A stretch of 64,000 nucleotides of DNA, from IMG/VR virus record IMGVR_UViG_3300025413_001239; one strand, given 5' to 3'. A program made the translations under genes and the position numbers. The notes under the pieces were generated by a model. It ran no database searches and had not been told where the DNA came from. It saw nothing but the letters and a program-made list of their open reading frames with translations. Source of the DNA: a virus. Its lineage: Duplodnaviria; Caudoviricetes. Below are positions 8,525 through 19,397 of the stretch, piece after piece (position 1 is the stretch's first letter; the number at the start of each line of letters is the position of its first letter).

Positions 8525-9554
8525 TTGTGTTTGTTTTTAAGTTGTTATTATTTTTTTGTTTCAACTTTTGTTGTAAACGTTTTTTTAATTCTTTTTCTTT
8601 TTCAATCTTAGCACGAAGTTTTTCTTGTCTAGCTTGTTGTTCTTTTTCTTTTTTTGCTAAATAAGCTTGTTTATCTTCTAGTTCTTTACGTTCAGCATCA
8701 AGTTTATCTTGATATTCTTGTTCCTCACCACTATTAAACTCTTCTTCGTTTTCTTCGTCTTCATCATTCTCATCTTCATCATTTGCAATATAAGATGAGT
8801 TTTTATTTAATTTAAAACCTTGTTTTTTTAACCAATTTGTTGCAGCATCTAAATCACCGTCAGAATTATTTAACGCTTGTCTAGCATCAAAATTACTAAC
8901 TCCAGTTGCTTGTGCTAATTTGTATATAGCATCAGCTGAAACTTCGTTATCTTTAGTTTCTTCTGGATTTTGTTTAATGTAAGAACTAGTATTTGGTTTA
9001 TTAACTTTATATTTTTCTCTATTAGCTTGTATTTTTTGATATTGTTTTTTAAATTCTTCAGGTGATATGTTTGAAACATCTCTTGAAGTAAAATCAGTAC
9101 TTTTTCTTTGATACTTACTTGTTTTATACTTATCATCGAATGTAGCAATGTCACGTACTGTTTTCATAGTTCTATCACCATTTGGATTAAACTTATCCAT
9201 TGGTCTATAAAACTTCATTTTGGTTGGTTGCCAACTACGGATTCTATCCAACCTAAAAATTTTCCAAGCACTACGACCTGGTGTTGTTTTAGAACCACCA
9301 CCAACTTGATAAGCTCTTATGGCTTTATTGTCAGCTATGGTATCTGAAAAGTTATATACTTGAATATACCTTTTACTAGGTGGTGCATCTGGATAATCTT
9401 CATAAGTTATATTTACAAAGTACTTTCCATTAATAGCATCAATAACAGCCTCATCTGAAACATTTTCAGTTAAAAGACTAGCGGTCTCTTCTAATATAAT
9501 ATTTTCAAATAATTTGTAAAGTTTCATTAATAATAAACTATTACTTGACCACAA
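8496..9554 (-). CDS. WYL-like domain plus EF-Ts N-terminal (UBA-like) domain, acidic tract and coiled coil
   Basis: WKIFRLDRIRSW; ADAIYKLAQATGVSNFDARQALNNSDGDLDAATNWLKKQG. Confidence 0.6.
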   Translation of the reverse strand: MWSSNSLLLMKLYKLFENIILEETASLLTENVSDEAVIDAINGKYFVNITYEDYPDAPPSKRYIQVYNFSDTIADNKAIRAYQVGGGSKTTPGRSAWKIFRLDRIRSWQPTKMKFYRPMDKFNPNGDRTMKTVRDIATFDDKYKTSKYQRKSTDFTSRDVSNISPEEFKKQYQKIQANREKYKVNKPNTSSYIKQNPEETKDNEVSADAIYKLAQATGVSNFDARQALNNSDGDLDAATNWLKKQGFKLNKNSSYIANDEDENDEDEENEEEFNSGEEQEYQDKLDAERKELEDKQAYLAKKEKEQQARQEKLRAKIEKEKELKKRLQQKLKQKNNNNLKTNTNDNTTTSRP

Positions 9555-9898
9555 TTTTTTGTCATATCTGGTTGCTTATAGCAATGATTTGGGTCAAAGC
9601 CCCATGTACCTAAATTTAGGGCAAATGCTGGCTTACGACCAGAACCTTGAGCTACATTTGGATTACCGTTAATATCCAAATCAGAACCACCATTATAATT
9701 TATAATAGCTGCTTGTAAATCATCACCAGTACCCTTTCCGTAATTTGGTGTTGTTTGGTCAGCCAATGCTCTAGTGTGGGTTACTGTATATTCATTTGAT
9801 GTAATGCAGTTATATGTATTTTGTGGAATTAAGCAATTTCTTGCTGAAATTGCTGCAATTTCTAGTGGTGATTGACCACCGTTTACTGGTGCTGGCAT
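9527..9898 (-). CDS. Hypothetical protein
   Basis: 123-aa ORF, G/N-rich, possibly structural. Confidence 0.65.
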   Translation of the reverse strand: MPAPVNGGQSPLEIAAISARNCLIPQNTYNCITSNEYTVTHTRALADQTTPNYGKGTGDDLQAAIINYNGGSDLDINGNPNVAQGSGRKPAFALNLGTWGFDPNHCYKQPDMTKNCGQVIVYY

Positions 9899-9901
9899 AA
9901 T

Positions 9902-10357
9902 TTAAAGTTTTTCTTTTTTATTGTTATTTAAGTATTCTATAAGATATAGAATTTTTTTTAAATCTTCTTGAAGAGATTCGTTATAAACCTCTTTATTTGT
10001 CATTATTTTTCGAAGGATACTACCTTTATTTAATTTAGGTAAACCACCGACTTTTGTTGGGTTTTTAGATGAATCCTTATCGTGAGTTTTAATAAATTGA
10101 TTTTCACGACCAGTATCCATTCCAATCTTCTTTATACCATAAATACTATCTCTATCTTTTTTTAACGTTTCTTCAATAAATTTTAACGCTGCATCACCAC
10201 CTTTTCTATTAAACTCATCCATATTACCATCTTTTTTGGCTTGTGTAAGTCTGGTTTTAGTTGTTTTAAGGTTTTCGTAAGTAATAGCGGTACCTAAAAA
10301 ACTTCTAAGGTTTTCTGGTACTGAATACGTCTTACCTTGCATTTGTGAATTAGGCAT
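9902..10357 (-). CDS. Hypothetical protein
   Basis: 151-aa ORF. Confidence 0.65.
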   Translation of the reverse strand: MPNSQMQGKTYSVPENLRSFLGTAITYENLKTTKTRLTQAKKDGNMDEFNRKGGDAALKFIEETLKKDRDSIYGIKKIGMDTGRENQFIKTHDKDSSKNPTKVGGLPKLNKGSILRKIMTNKEVYNESLQEDLKKILYLIEYLNNNKKEKL

Positions 10358-10820
10358 CTTTATTTAATTTACTTAATACAGCTTTTTTTATTCTATCTAA
10401 TTGTTTATCAGTTAAATCAACATCATTTATTATATCAAGAACCTTTTCAGTCTTTTTATCATATTCTTTATCAAATACTTCACTATTCTTAGACTTCTTA
10501 ACTAAGTCTTCTTCAAGTTCTTTTTTGGTTATAACTTTCTTTTTAGTTTCGTTAACTGGGAGACCACGACCAGATTGGCTACGGTAACTGTAAACTGCGA
10601 ACCAAGGTATATTTTGCCTATATCTAGAAGCCCTATCTGTGGTTGTTGAGATGCCTTTTTCATAATCAGAATCGTCATTCCATGGTTTTTGAACAGGTCC
10701 AGTTTCAATTTCACTATCATTGGTAGCATTTCTATCACCACTGATAATACCACCATCGGCACCAACAAGTTCATCCAATTCAAATTTCTCCTTAATATTC
10801 TTTACTTTAATTATTGGCAT
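10350..10820 (-). CDS. Hypothetical protein
   Basis: 156-aa ORF preceded by the ATATTTAT motif. Confidence 0.65.
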   Translation of the reverse strand: MPIIKVKNIKEKFELDELVGADGGIISGDRNATNDSEIETGPVQKPWNDDSDYEKGISTTTDRASRYRQNIPWFAVYSYRSQSGRGLPVNETKKKVITKKELEEDLVKKSKNSEVFDKEYDKKTEKVLDIINDVDLTDKQLDRIKKAVLSKLNKDA

Positions 10821-10836
10821 AAATAATTCTTTTATA

Positions 10837-10866
10837 ATAAATATATTGAAAACGCTGAATATTTAT
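10837..10866. promoter_or_regulatory. Divergent pair of ATATTTAT putative late-promoter motifs
   Basis: Minus copy at 10837-10844 before 10820; plus copy at 10859-10866 before 10884. Confidence 0.55.
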
Positions 10867-10883
10867 TAAATAAATAAAGAATA

Positions 10884-11561
10884 ATGGCATTTATTACAAA
10901 ATTAGACTATTCATCAAATAGACAAATATCACAATACCCAGAAACAATAACTTATTTATCTGGTGGAACAGTATTTGGATTACCATTTAATCAATTGGTT
11001 ACAGGACCGAATTTAAATACAAGTGCAATAACACAAACTTACGGTGGTGCTATTAGTACTTTTTCTGGAAATACTGGTACAACTGTTTATACTTGGTATA
11101 ATTCTGGTATGCAATTGGCTTATTCTAGACTTTCGGCAATAACACCTTCAAATAGTGCAATAACACAAAATACTGGTGTGGTATTTACTGGTACGAATAC
11201 CACTATTATTGATGGGAATACAGTTAATTTATCTTACAGTGGTGTTGGTTTTGATATTACACCAATTGCTATGATAAGTCTTGGTGGTGGTAATTTTAGT
11301 GGTACATCATATAGTCAAACAGTTAATTTTTATAGTGCTGGTACTTTAGATTATACTGGGCGTACTATATGGGTTGATGTTAGTGGTATTACAAGAACAA
11401 ATACTCTTTTAGCGGATAATATCCAATTAACAGCTTTAAATACCGCACCATCATCATCTGGTGATACTGGTACAACTGGTCAAATAAAAATAAGTAATGG
11501 ATTTATATATGTTTGTGTTGCAACAAACACATGGAAAAGAGCAACTCTATCAGGGTTTTAA
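10884..11561 (+). CDS. Putative virion/fibre-associated protein
   Basis: T/S/G-rich; C-terminal PSSSGDTGTTGQI...FIYVCVATNTWKR is a fibre-type motif. Confidence 0.6.
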   Translation: MAFITKLDYSSNRQISQYPETITYLSGGTVFGLPFNQLVTGPNLNTSAITQTYGGAISTFSGNTGTTVYTWYNSGMQLAYSRLSAITPSNSAITQNTGVVFTGTNTTIIDGNTVNLSYSGVGFDITPIAMISLGGGNFSGTSYSQTVNFYSAGTLDYTGRTIWVDVSGITRTNTLLADNIQLTALNTAPSSSGDTGTTGQIKISNGFIYVCVATNTWKRATLSGF

Positions 11562-11570
11562 TATAAAATT

Positions 11571-14500
11571 ATGGGTTATAATATCAATGAAAATAAAACA
11601 AATATTGTACCATTTCAAAGTGGTAAGGGTATTCCAACACATATATCACCATTAGGTTCAGTCTATATTGATAATACAACTGGTGTACAATATATAAATA
11701 AGGATGGTTTAGCTGGTTGGGCGTTTTTTTATGATTCGACAATACCGATAAGTGGTGGTACTGGTGGCGGTGGTGCTTATGTTCCATTATCTGGTGGTAC
11801 CATGTCTGGTACACTTTATGCCCCAACCTTTTCTGGTGGTACATTTTATGGTGATGGTAGTCATTTAACTGGTGTTGGTGGTACATTTAATGGTGGAACG
11901 GTTACTGGTTCAACAATATTTACTAGTGGACTTACAGCAAATACAATATCCGCTACAACATATCAGAATCTACCAGCAACACCATACTTGAATTTATCTG
12001 GTGGTACTGTAACTGGTAATACCGTATTTACTAGTGGACTTACAGCAAATACAATATCTGCAACCACTTATTTAAATTTACCAGCAACACCATACTTGAA
12101 TTTATCTGGTGGTACTGTAAGTGGTAATACTGTATTTTTAAGTGGACTTACAGCTAATACAATATCAGCTACAACATATCAGAATCTACCAGCAACACCA
12201 TACTTGAATTTATCTGGTGGAACTGTAAGTGGTAATACTGTATTTTTAAGTGGACTTACAGCAAACACAATATCCGCTACAACATATCAGAATCTACCAG
12301 CAACACCATACTTGAATTTATCTGGTGGAACTGTAAGTGGTAATACTGTATTTTTAAGTGGACTTACAGCAAACACAATATCAGCAAATACTATAACCGC
12401 AAATGCGTTATCACCTGTTGGTTATATTGATTTTAATACAGGTACAACAGTAACACCTAAAGGTGGAAGATTATTTTATAATAGTCAATTTGATGGTCCA
12501 TCATATTATCCAACAAATGATACAAATGTTTTAATTAATCTTGGACAACAATTATACATGTCAGTGATTAATGTCTCTGGTTCTTTAATACCAAAGGGTA
12601 GTGCAGTTTCAGTTTTAGGTAATACAAATGGTGTACCTAATATCACTTTAGCGGTAAATGTTCATACTGGAAATAGTTATTTAGTTGGTCTTGCCGCTGA
12701 TGATATACCAAATGGTAATTTTGGTTTTGTATTAAATGAAGGTATATTAAGTGGTTTAACTCTTAATAATTTTAAGATTGGTGATACCTTGTATTTATCA
12801 CCATTTTCAGCTGGTACATATACAAATTCAACATTATCATTTCCATATACTGCTAGGACAAACCAAATTGGTTACGTACTTAAAACAGGTTCAACGACTG
12901 GTGAAATATATGTTAAAATATATAATGAAGATACAAATTCAACACTTACAACACTTGAAAGAAATATTGTTGATGGTAACTCTATGGCTACTGGTATCTA
13001 TCAATTCACTGGTATTACACAGACATCTAGTACTACATTTAATATAGCACCAGCTTTAGGCTGGGTGGTTAATAATACTTATGAAAAAGCAACGTTACCC
13101 GATGTTACAGAAATTAGTTATTCTGGTGGTACTAATTTAACAACGCCATATTTAACCATTGCCGATAACACATATGTGTTAATAACTACAGCATCAACCA
13201 TTACATTTCAACCAACATATCCAACACCACAACAAAGAAGACAAAATTTGTTTTTAGGTAAAATTATTCACACTAATAGGTCTTCAATTATATCTATAAA
13301 TCAAACTGTTGATTTTGACGTATCACCAATGGCAGCATTACGTGATTTATGGACACCTTTGGTATTAATTAATCAAGGTATTGTACCTTCAGCATATAGT
13401 GCTGGTACGTTAAGTATTCAAACAAGCTATGGTACATTATGGGGTAATGGTATCGGTTGGACTACAAATCAATTAAATCCAAATAGTGTTACTTTATCTA
13501 CCACAACACCGACTACATTTCAATATAGAACACAATTAGGTGCGGTAACAGGTAACACTGCACCATATACAGGTAATACAATTTATATCGACCCATTACA
13601 TTATGATTATAATGGTGTTGTAACAAATATACCATCGTCTCATGGTAACACAATTTATGCAACTAACCAAAGAATCTATTTATTCCCAACTGGACTTGTA
13701 AGAATTCAATATGGGCAACAATATTATACAACATTTGCTAGTGCAATTGCTGGTTATAGTAATGAATCATTCCAGGTTTATTCTAATAATGCGACAAATG
13801 GTATTTTAATTGGAATATTAACAGTTGTTAGGGAAACAACTGATTTAACAAATACTTCATATGCTTTATTTTCTTATGTTTCTAAGTTTGGTGAATTATT
13901 AGGTGGAACAGCTGGTATTTCAACAACAACACTTCAACAAGCATATAATAATTCATCAAGTCCTGAAATAGTTATTAACTCAACACTTGATGGTTTAACA
14001 ATACAAAATGGAACAGGTAATCCCGATAATACCACACACTTATTGGAAGGAATGAATGCTTCTGGCCAAGTTACATCATTTATTAAGGCTGATGGTGGTT
14101 TCAGTGGTTCTAGTGTATCCGCAACAACATACTATGGCTTACCTTTAGATATACGTACAACTGGTGCGACTTACTTAAATAATACATTTACGTTTACAAA
14201 TAATACTGGTGGAACTTATAGCGTTTTATTTAATACATTAACTGGTTTAACTGTAAACGGTATTTTATCAGCAACAACAATATCTGGTGGTACATTTTAT
14301 GGTAATGGTAGTGGGTTAACATTAACTAATTCTCAAATTATTAGTGGTTTAACTTATACACCATATAATGGTGCTACAAATCCGAATGGTTATATTAGTG
14401 GTATAACTAGTGTAATAACTGGTACTGGTGTTAATAATACAGTTGCGTTTTTTAATAATACAAATTCATTAAGTGGGACAACTGGTTTAACTTATAATGG

Positions 14501-16970
14501 TAATTTAGGTTTAGGTACTAATAATCCTTTAGCTTCAACTACAACACGTAAAGCATTTGTTATTAGTGACTTTGTAAATGATACTACTGTTAGATTAGAG
14601 GGTTCGAGTAGTATAGTTTCTGAGTATTTTACAAATGGAACTATTTCTGGAATAGGTACAAGAACTGCTAATCAATTTACTCTTTTTTCTAATAATGCAA
14701 CTAGATTAATTGTAGATTCTACTGGTCTTATTAGTTTAGGTAGTGTAAACCCAACGCATACCTTAACATTTCCTTCAACATCAACAGGTACTGCTTATTA
14801 TAATACCTCAGACCAAACAACTAACTATGAAAGAACTAGAATGTATTGGTCTGGAAATACTTTTTATATAAGTGCAGAACAAGCTGGTACTGGAACAAGT
14901 AGAACTATAAATTTTATTCAAAATACTCAAACTAAGCTTTCAATAGGTTCAACACAAGTAATTGGTGCTTTAAATATTGGGTTTACCTCAGCAATTGCTG
15001 GTTCAATATTAGGTTTAACACCATCACTAACTGTTTCTAGTGGTATTCAAAGTTCATTAGCTATTATACCAACAGTAAATCAAAGTAGTACTGGTGGTTC
15101 TAAGGGTATATGGATATCACCTTATTTACAAACTACTGGTAGTGGTGGTAACTATTTGATAGATGCTGGTATAAATAGTGCTGCCAGTGGTGGTGGTACA
15201 CATACCGCTAAATTTACGGTTGATACTTCTGGTAATGGTGTTTTTTCTGGTTCATTAACTGCAACTACTATTAATGCAACTACCAAACTTTTAGTAGGAA
15301 CTAATGTTGATAATGGTTATATATTACAGTCTAATGGAACTAGTTGGTTAAATGGTAACACAGTAATAAATGGGACCGCTGCAATTAGTAGTACAATAAC
15401 ACAACCAGTATCGGCTGGTACACAAATGTATCATACTACAATAACACCACAATTAAATTATACATCTACTGGTCAAACTAATACAGCATTTAGATTATTA
15501 CCAACATTTTCTGGTGCAACTGGATTAACACCAATAAATATAATTGCAGATATTGGTGCAAGTGGTGTTGGTTCTCAATTAGTTATAACTGATGCAACAA
15601 CTGGTTCAACATTCTTAGTGAATGATATATCTGGTTTACCAATAGCTGAAGCAACATCAACTTGGGATTTTAATCTGTATAATTATCCAACAAAGGTTTT
15701 TCAAAAAACTGGAACGAATATTAATATAAATGGAGCATTAAATACAACTGGTTCAACAAAAACAACAGCTGGTTTTTATTCTACAAGTGCTTATACTAGT
15801 TCGTTTACTCGTAGTATTGTGATGGATTATGTTACTGGTAATGGTAGAATATCCGTTAGTACAGGAGATACTATAACATTTTATAATGGTGGTGTTGCAA
15901 CAACATCATTAATGACTATATCAAGTGGTGGTACTGTTAGTGCAAATGCATTTTCCGCAACAACATCTTTTTCAAGTGTTGGAACTTATGGTACAGCGAC
16001 TGTAAATGCTGGTAATACTAATGGTATGATTACTTTTGCTGGGTCAGGTACTATTGGTGGAACTGGTTATACCGATTTTATTAAAGTAACAAATACCTCA
16101 GCAGGAGCGACAACACCATCTAAAACATTTAGAATTAATAATAATGGTGGTTTTGAAATACTTAATAATGCTTACACTGCATCAACATTAACTCTTTCAG
16201 ATAACGGTATATTATATGTTGGTGGTGGTAATACTTCAACTAGTTCTAATACAGATGGTACATCAAATTACTTATCATTTAATCTAAATAATTCACAAAT
16301 TTATGATGATGGTAACATCCACATACATTCAAGGGGTTCAGGTCAATCCATGTGGATTAATACCAATGGTGGACAATTAATGTTATTAAATCAAGCACCT
16401 TTAAATAATGCTGCTTCTGGTACAGGTGTGATAATTGGTAGTGGTACAACAACATTAACTGGATTTGTAACTATAAATGGTTCTAAGAATCAAACGGTAA
16501 CAAATTATGGATATTTATCACAAGGTGGTGCTGGGCAAATTCCAGGTGGTTCTGGTTCAGTTCCGTATGGTCTATCAGCTGTTGGTCGTATCCAATGTCC
16601 AGAGTTTGATGCAACGTCAGATGAAAGATTAAAAGATATACAAGGTGAGATAAATATACAAGATGCTATTAATTTAGTTAAGGATATTAAACCAATTAAA
16701 TTTACTTGGAAAGATAGTATCGATAAAGGCCTTAAGGCTGGTTATTCAGCTCAACAAGTTGCAAAAGTTGGATTTGGTCATTTAATAAGTCAAATACCTA
16801 ATGAAAACTTAACGGAAACAATTGATGATGATGGATTTATGAGCCCAGATAAAGTTCAATTAACAATGAATTATGACCAAGTTACACCTTATCATGGTAC
16901 AGTATTGAAGTATCTATTAGAAAAGATAGAATTGTTAGAGAAAGAAATACAAGACCTTAAAAATAAATAA
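11571..16970 (+). CDS. Long tail fibre with C-terminal intramolecular chaperone (peptidase S74-like)
   Basis: T/G/S-rich repeats; TSDERLKDI...LVKDIKPIKFTWK plus a terminal coiled coil. Confidence 0.85.
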   Translation: MGYNINENKTNIVPFQSGKGIPTHISPLGSVYIDNTTGVQYINKDGLAGWAFFYDSTIPISGGTGGGGAYVPLSGGTMSGTLYAPTFSGGTFYGDGSHLTGVGGTFNGGTVTGSTIFTSGLTANTISATTYQNLPATPYLNLSGGTVTGNTVFTSGLTANTISATTYLNLPATPYLNLSGGTVSGNTVFLSGLTANTISATTYQNLPATPYLNLSGGTVSGNTVFLSGLTANTISATTYQNLPATPYLNLSGGTVSGNTVFLSGLTANTISANTITANALSPVGYIDFNTGTTVTPKGGRLFYNSQFDGPSYYPTNDTNVLINLGQQLYMSVINVSGSLIPKGSAVSVLGNTNGVPNITLAVNVHTGNSYLVGLAADDIPNGNFGFVLNEGILSGLTLNNFKIGDTLYLSPFSAGTYTNSTLSFPYTARTNQIGYVLKTGSTTGEIYVKIYNEDTNSTLTTLERNIVDGNSMATGIYQFTGITQTSSTTFNIAPALGWVVNNTYEKATLPDVTEISYSGGTNLTTPYLTIADNTYVLITTASTITFQPTYPTPQQRRQNLFLGKIIHTNRSSIISINQTVDFDVSPMAALRDLWTPLVLINQGIVPSAYSAGTLSIQTSYGTLWGNGIGWTTNQLNPNSVTLSTTTPTTFQYRTQLGAVTGNTAPYTGNTIYIDPLHYDYNGVVTNIPSSHGNTIYATNQRIYLFPTGLVRIQYGQQYYTTFASAIAGYSNESFQVYSNNATNGILIGILTVVRETTDLTNTSYALFSYVSKFGELLGGTAGISTTTLQQAYNNSSSPEIVINSTLDGLTIQNGTGNPDNTTHLLEGMNASGQVTSFIKADGGFSGSSVSATTYYGLPLDIRTTGATYLNNTFTFTNNTGGTYSVLFNTLTGLTVNGILSATTISGGTFYGNGSGLTLTNSQIISGLTYTPYNGATNPNGYISGITSVITGTGVNNTVAFFNNTNSLSGTTGLTYNGNLGLGTNNPLASTTTRKAFVISDFVNDTTVRLEGSSSIVSEYFTNGTISGIGTRTANQFTLFSNNATRLIVDSTGLISLGSVNPTHTLTFPSTSTGTAYYNTSDQTTNYERTRMYWSGNTFYISAEQAGTGTSRTINFIQNTQTKLSIGSTQVIGALNIGFTSAIAGSILGLTPSLTVSSGIQSSLAIIPTVNQSSTGGSKGIWISPYLQTTGSGGNYLIDAGINSAASGGGTHTAKFTVDTSGNGVFSGSLTATTINATTKLLVGTNVDNGYILQSNGTSWLNGNTVINGTAAISSTITQPVSAGTQMYHTTITPQLNYTSTGQTNTAFRLLPTFSGATGLTPINIIADIGASGVGSQLVITDATTGSTFLVNDISGLPIAEATSTWDFNLYNYPTKVFQKTGTNININGALNTTGSTKTTAGFYSTSAYTSSFTRSIVMDYVTGNGRISVSTGDTITFYNGGVATTSLMTISSGGTVSANAFSATTSFSSVGTYGTATVNAGNTNGMITFAGSGTIGGTGYTDFIKVTNTSAGATTPSKTFRINNNGGFEILNNAYTASTLTLSDNGILYVGGGNTSTSSNTDGTSNYLSFNLNNSQIYDDGNIHIHSRGSGQSMWINTNGGQLMLLNQAPLNNAASGTGVIIGSGTTTLTGFVTINGSKNQTVTNYGYLSQGGAGQIPGGSGSVPYGLSAVGRIQCPEFDATSDERLKDIQGEINIQDAINLVKDIKPIKFTWKDSIDKGLKAGYSAQQVAKVGFGHLISQIPNENLTETIDDDGFMSPDKVQLTMNYDQVTPYHGTVLKYLLEKIELLEKEIQDLKNK
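11900..12395 (+). repeat. 108-bp (36-aa) coding tandem repeat, about 4.5 units
   Basis: GGACTTACAGC recurs at 11928, 12036, 12144, 12252 and 12360. Confidence 0.95.
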
Positions 16971-16971
16971 T

Positions 16972-17685
16972 ATGTCAGTAAACATAAGTCAATCATTTTT
17001 TGGAACACCACCAATTATAACAAATGGGTTAGCCTTATATTTAGATGCTGGAAATCTTGTATCATACCCACAAGGTGGTTCAATATGGTCTGATTTGAGT
17101 GGAAATGCGAATAACGCTACATTATTTAATTCACCAACATTTACATCAGTTGGTAATATTGGTAACTTCACCTTTAATGGAACGAGCCAATATTGTACTT
17201 CAGTAAGTCAACCAATAACTAATAACTCTTCTTTTACAATAGCTGCTTGGATATACTTACCTACTTTACCTAACAATTATTCTGTAATTATAGATGGTGG
17301 TAATATTGGGGTTGGTAACATTGGTTATGGACTTGGGTTGGATACTAGTAATCGAGTTTTTATTGCAGCTAATACGGGTTATTATAACGGCCCAGCAATT
17401 TCTAGCTCTAAATGGTATTTTATAACCGCAACAGCTACTTATGGTTCACCTTATGTATTTAATATGTATTATAATGGGGTATTGCAAGCTAATGCTGGCG
17501 CAGCATCTACTAGTAGTTTAAGTAATATAAGTTCAAGTGTATATATTGCTAAAGGTACCTCAGTATCTTTTCCGTATTATTTTAAAGGAATATTTAGTCA
17601 AGCACTAATTTATAATAGAGCATTAACAGCACAAGAAGTATTACAAAATTATAATGCATTAAAGGGAAGATTTGGATTAAACTAA
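16972..17685 (+). CDS. LamG/concanavalin A-like lectin domain protein (paralog 1)
   Basis: GLALYLDAGN...WSDLSGN...KWYFIT...LIYNRALTAQEVLQNYNA. Confidence 0.85.
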   Translation: MSVNISQSFFGTPPIITNGLALYLDAGNLVSYPQGGSIWSDLSGNANNATLFNSPTFTSVGNIGNFTFNGTSQYCTSVSQPITNNSSFTIAAWIYLPTLPNNYSVIIDGGNIGVGNIGYGLGLDTSNRVFIAANTGYYNGPAISSSKWYFITATATYGSPYVFNMYYNGVLQANAGAASTSSLSNISSSVYIAKGTSVSFPYYFKGIFSQALIYNRALTAQEVLQNYNALKGRFGLN

Positions 17686-17690
17686 TATAT

Positions 17691-18401
17691 ATGGGATTAC
17701 CAATAGTTACAAATGGATTAATATTATGTTTGGATGCTGGAAATATTAAGTCATATTCACAATCGGGTTCAACATGGTCTGATTTAAGTGGAAATGCTAA
17801 TAATACCACTCTTCTTAATTCACCAACATTTAGTAGTAATAATAGTGGATATTTTACATTTAATGGTACAAACCAATCAGCTAATAGTGTCAGTACAATA
17901 AACTTATCATCAACAAACGCAATTAGTATTTCTTTATGGTTTAAAGTTTCTGGAACTTCTTTATATGTTTTAAGTGAATTTGGTACAAATATAAATACAA
18001 ATGCAAATTCATTTCTTTTTGACATAAATGAAGTAGCTACTGGTAAAATTTCATTTGCTGATGTTCTTGGTGTTGGTTCATCATATAATCAAGTTCAAAC
18101 AGTTAATACATATAATGATAATAAGTGGCATAATGTGTGTCTTGTATCAAATAGAGCTTTAAATACTAGTAATCACAATTTTATTTATGTTGATGGAATT
18201 TTAGATACAGTTCAAGGTTCACTTAATAATGCCAATAATTCAAATTATGGTAATTATACTATGTATTTTTTTTCTAGGGCTAATACTAGTTATTTTATAA
18301 GTGGTAATTCATCTAATTACTTACTATATAATAGAGCATTAACACTACAAGAAATTGAACAGAATTATAACTCTTTAAAATCAAGATACGGATTAAATTA
18401 A
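17691..18401 (+). CDS. LamG/concanavalin A-like lectin domain protein (paralog 2)
   Basis: GLILCLDAGN...WHNVCLV...IYVDG...YNRALTLQEI. Confidence 0.85.
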   Translation: MGLPIVTNGLILCLDAGNIKSYSQSGSTWSDLSGNANNTTLLNSPTFSSNNSGYFTFNGTNQSANSVSTINLSSTNAISISLWFKVSGTSLYVLSEFGTNINTNANSFLFDINEVATGKISFADVLGVGSSYNQVQTVNTYNDNKWHNVCLVSNRALNTSNHNFIYVDGILDTVQGSLNNANNSNYGNYTMYFFSRANTSYFISGNSSNYLLYNRALTLQEIEQNYNSLKSRYGLN

Positions 18402-18408
18402 TTAGAAT

Positions 18409-19092
18409 ATGGCTTCATCAATATTTAACCCATCAATAGTAATAAATGGTTTAGTGTTACTTTTAGACTCAGGAAATGTAATATCATATCCACAAACTGG
18501 TTCAACTTGGACTGATTTGAGTGGAAATGGTAATAGTGGTACTTTATTTAATTCACCAACTTTTACATCTGGTTATTTTACTTTTAATGGGTCAAATCAA
18601 TATGTTTCTTTTGGTAAGCAATTAATTAGTAATTTAAGTAGTTCAACTGTAAGTATTTGGGTAAAAGTTTCTAGTGGTGGGGCAATGTATTGTGAGAGAG
18701 ATTCAAGTGGTAATGACATATTTAAGATTGATAATGGTAGTTCTTTTGATGGTTACACAATAGGTTTTGTACAGCGTAATGACGCAGGTAATTTAACACA
18801 AGTAAAAACTAGCACTTCAATAAGAAGTGGAAATTGGACAAATATATGTGTTACAAACAATTGTAATGCAATTACAATATATCTCAATGGAGTATTATCT
18901 ACAACAGGTAGTATTACAAATAGTACGTTAACAAATAGTGGTATTGATGCTAGATTAGGTGCTGATAAGGGAGATGGTACACAATATTATAGTGGTAATA
19001 TTTCATCATGTTTATTATATAATAGAGCATTAACAGCACAAGAAACACAACAAAATTATAACGCATTAAAGGGAAGATTTGGTTTAAGTTAA
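18409..19092 (+). CDS. LamG/concanavalin A-like lectin domain protein (paralog 3)
   Basis: GLVLLLDSGN...WTNICVT...IYLNG...YNRALTAQET. Confidence 0.85.
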   Translation: MASSIFNPSIVINGLVLLLDSGNVISYPQTGSTWTDLSGNGNSGTLFNSPTFTSGYFTFNGSNQYVSFGKQLISNLSSSTVSIWVKVSSGGAMYCERDSSGNDIFKIDNGSSFDGYTIGFVQRNDAGNLTQVKTSTSIRSGNWTNICVTNNCNAITIYLNGVLSTTGSITNSTLTNSGIDARLGADKGDGTQYYSGNISSCLLYNRALTAQETQQNYNALKGRFGLS

Positions 19093-19095
19093 ACC

Positions 19096-19371
19096 ATGAT
19101 ATTTATAAATAAAAAAATGGCACTAACAGCAAATATTGAACCAGTACAAATTATTTCACAAACTGGTGTGAAATTATCATGTTATGTGATAAATTATGAC
19201 TTACAATCACAATCTTGTGATTTATATTGGTGGTTGTCTGATGACAATGGAAACAATATATATAGTGGTAATTATAGTGTTCCACCAGATGTTTTAGCAA
19301 ATTGGGGGCATGATGATACGATTATTATACATGCATTAGCTAATGATAAAGGTTTTATTATAATTGAATAA
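19096..19371 (+). CDS. Hypothetical protein (probable true start 19117, MALTAN)
   Basis: Short ORF; the ATATTTAT motif at 19099-19106 lies just before 19117. Confidence 0.6.
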   Translation: MIFINKKMALTANIEPVQIISQTGVKLSCYVINYDLQSQSCDLYWWLSDDNGNNIYSGNYSVPPDVLANWGHDDTIIIHALANDKGFIIIE

Positions 19372-19397
19372 TTATTTGATATTTATAATAAAAAGAT

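Noticed and set aside
11900-12395. CRISPR-like array
   Set aside because: Units are in-frame codon multiples within a fibre gene, with no unique spacers and no cas genes.
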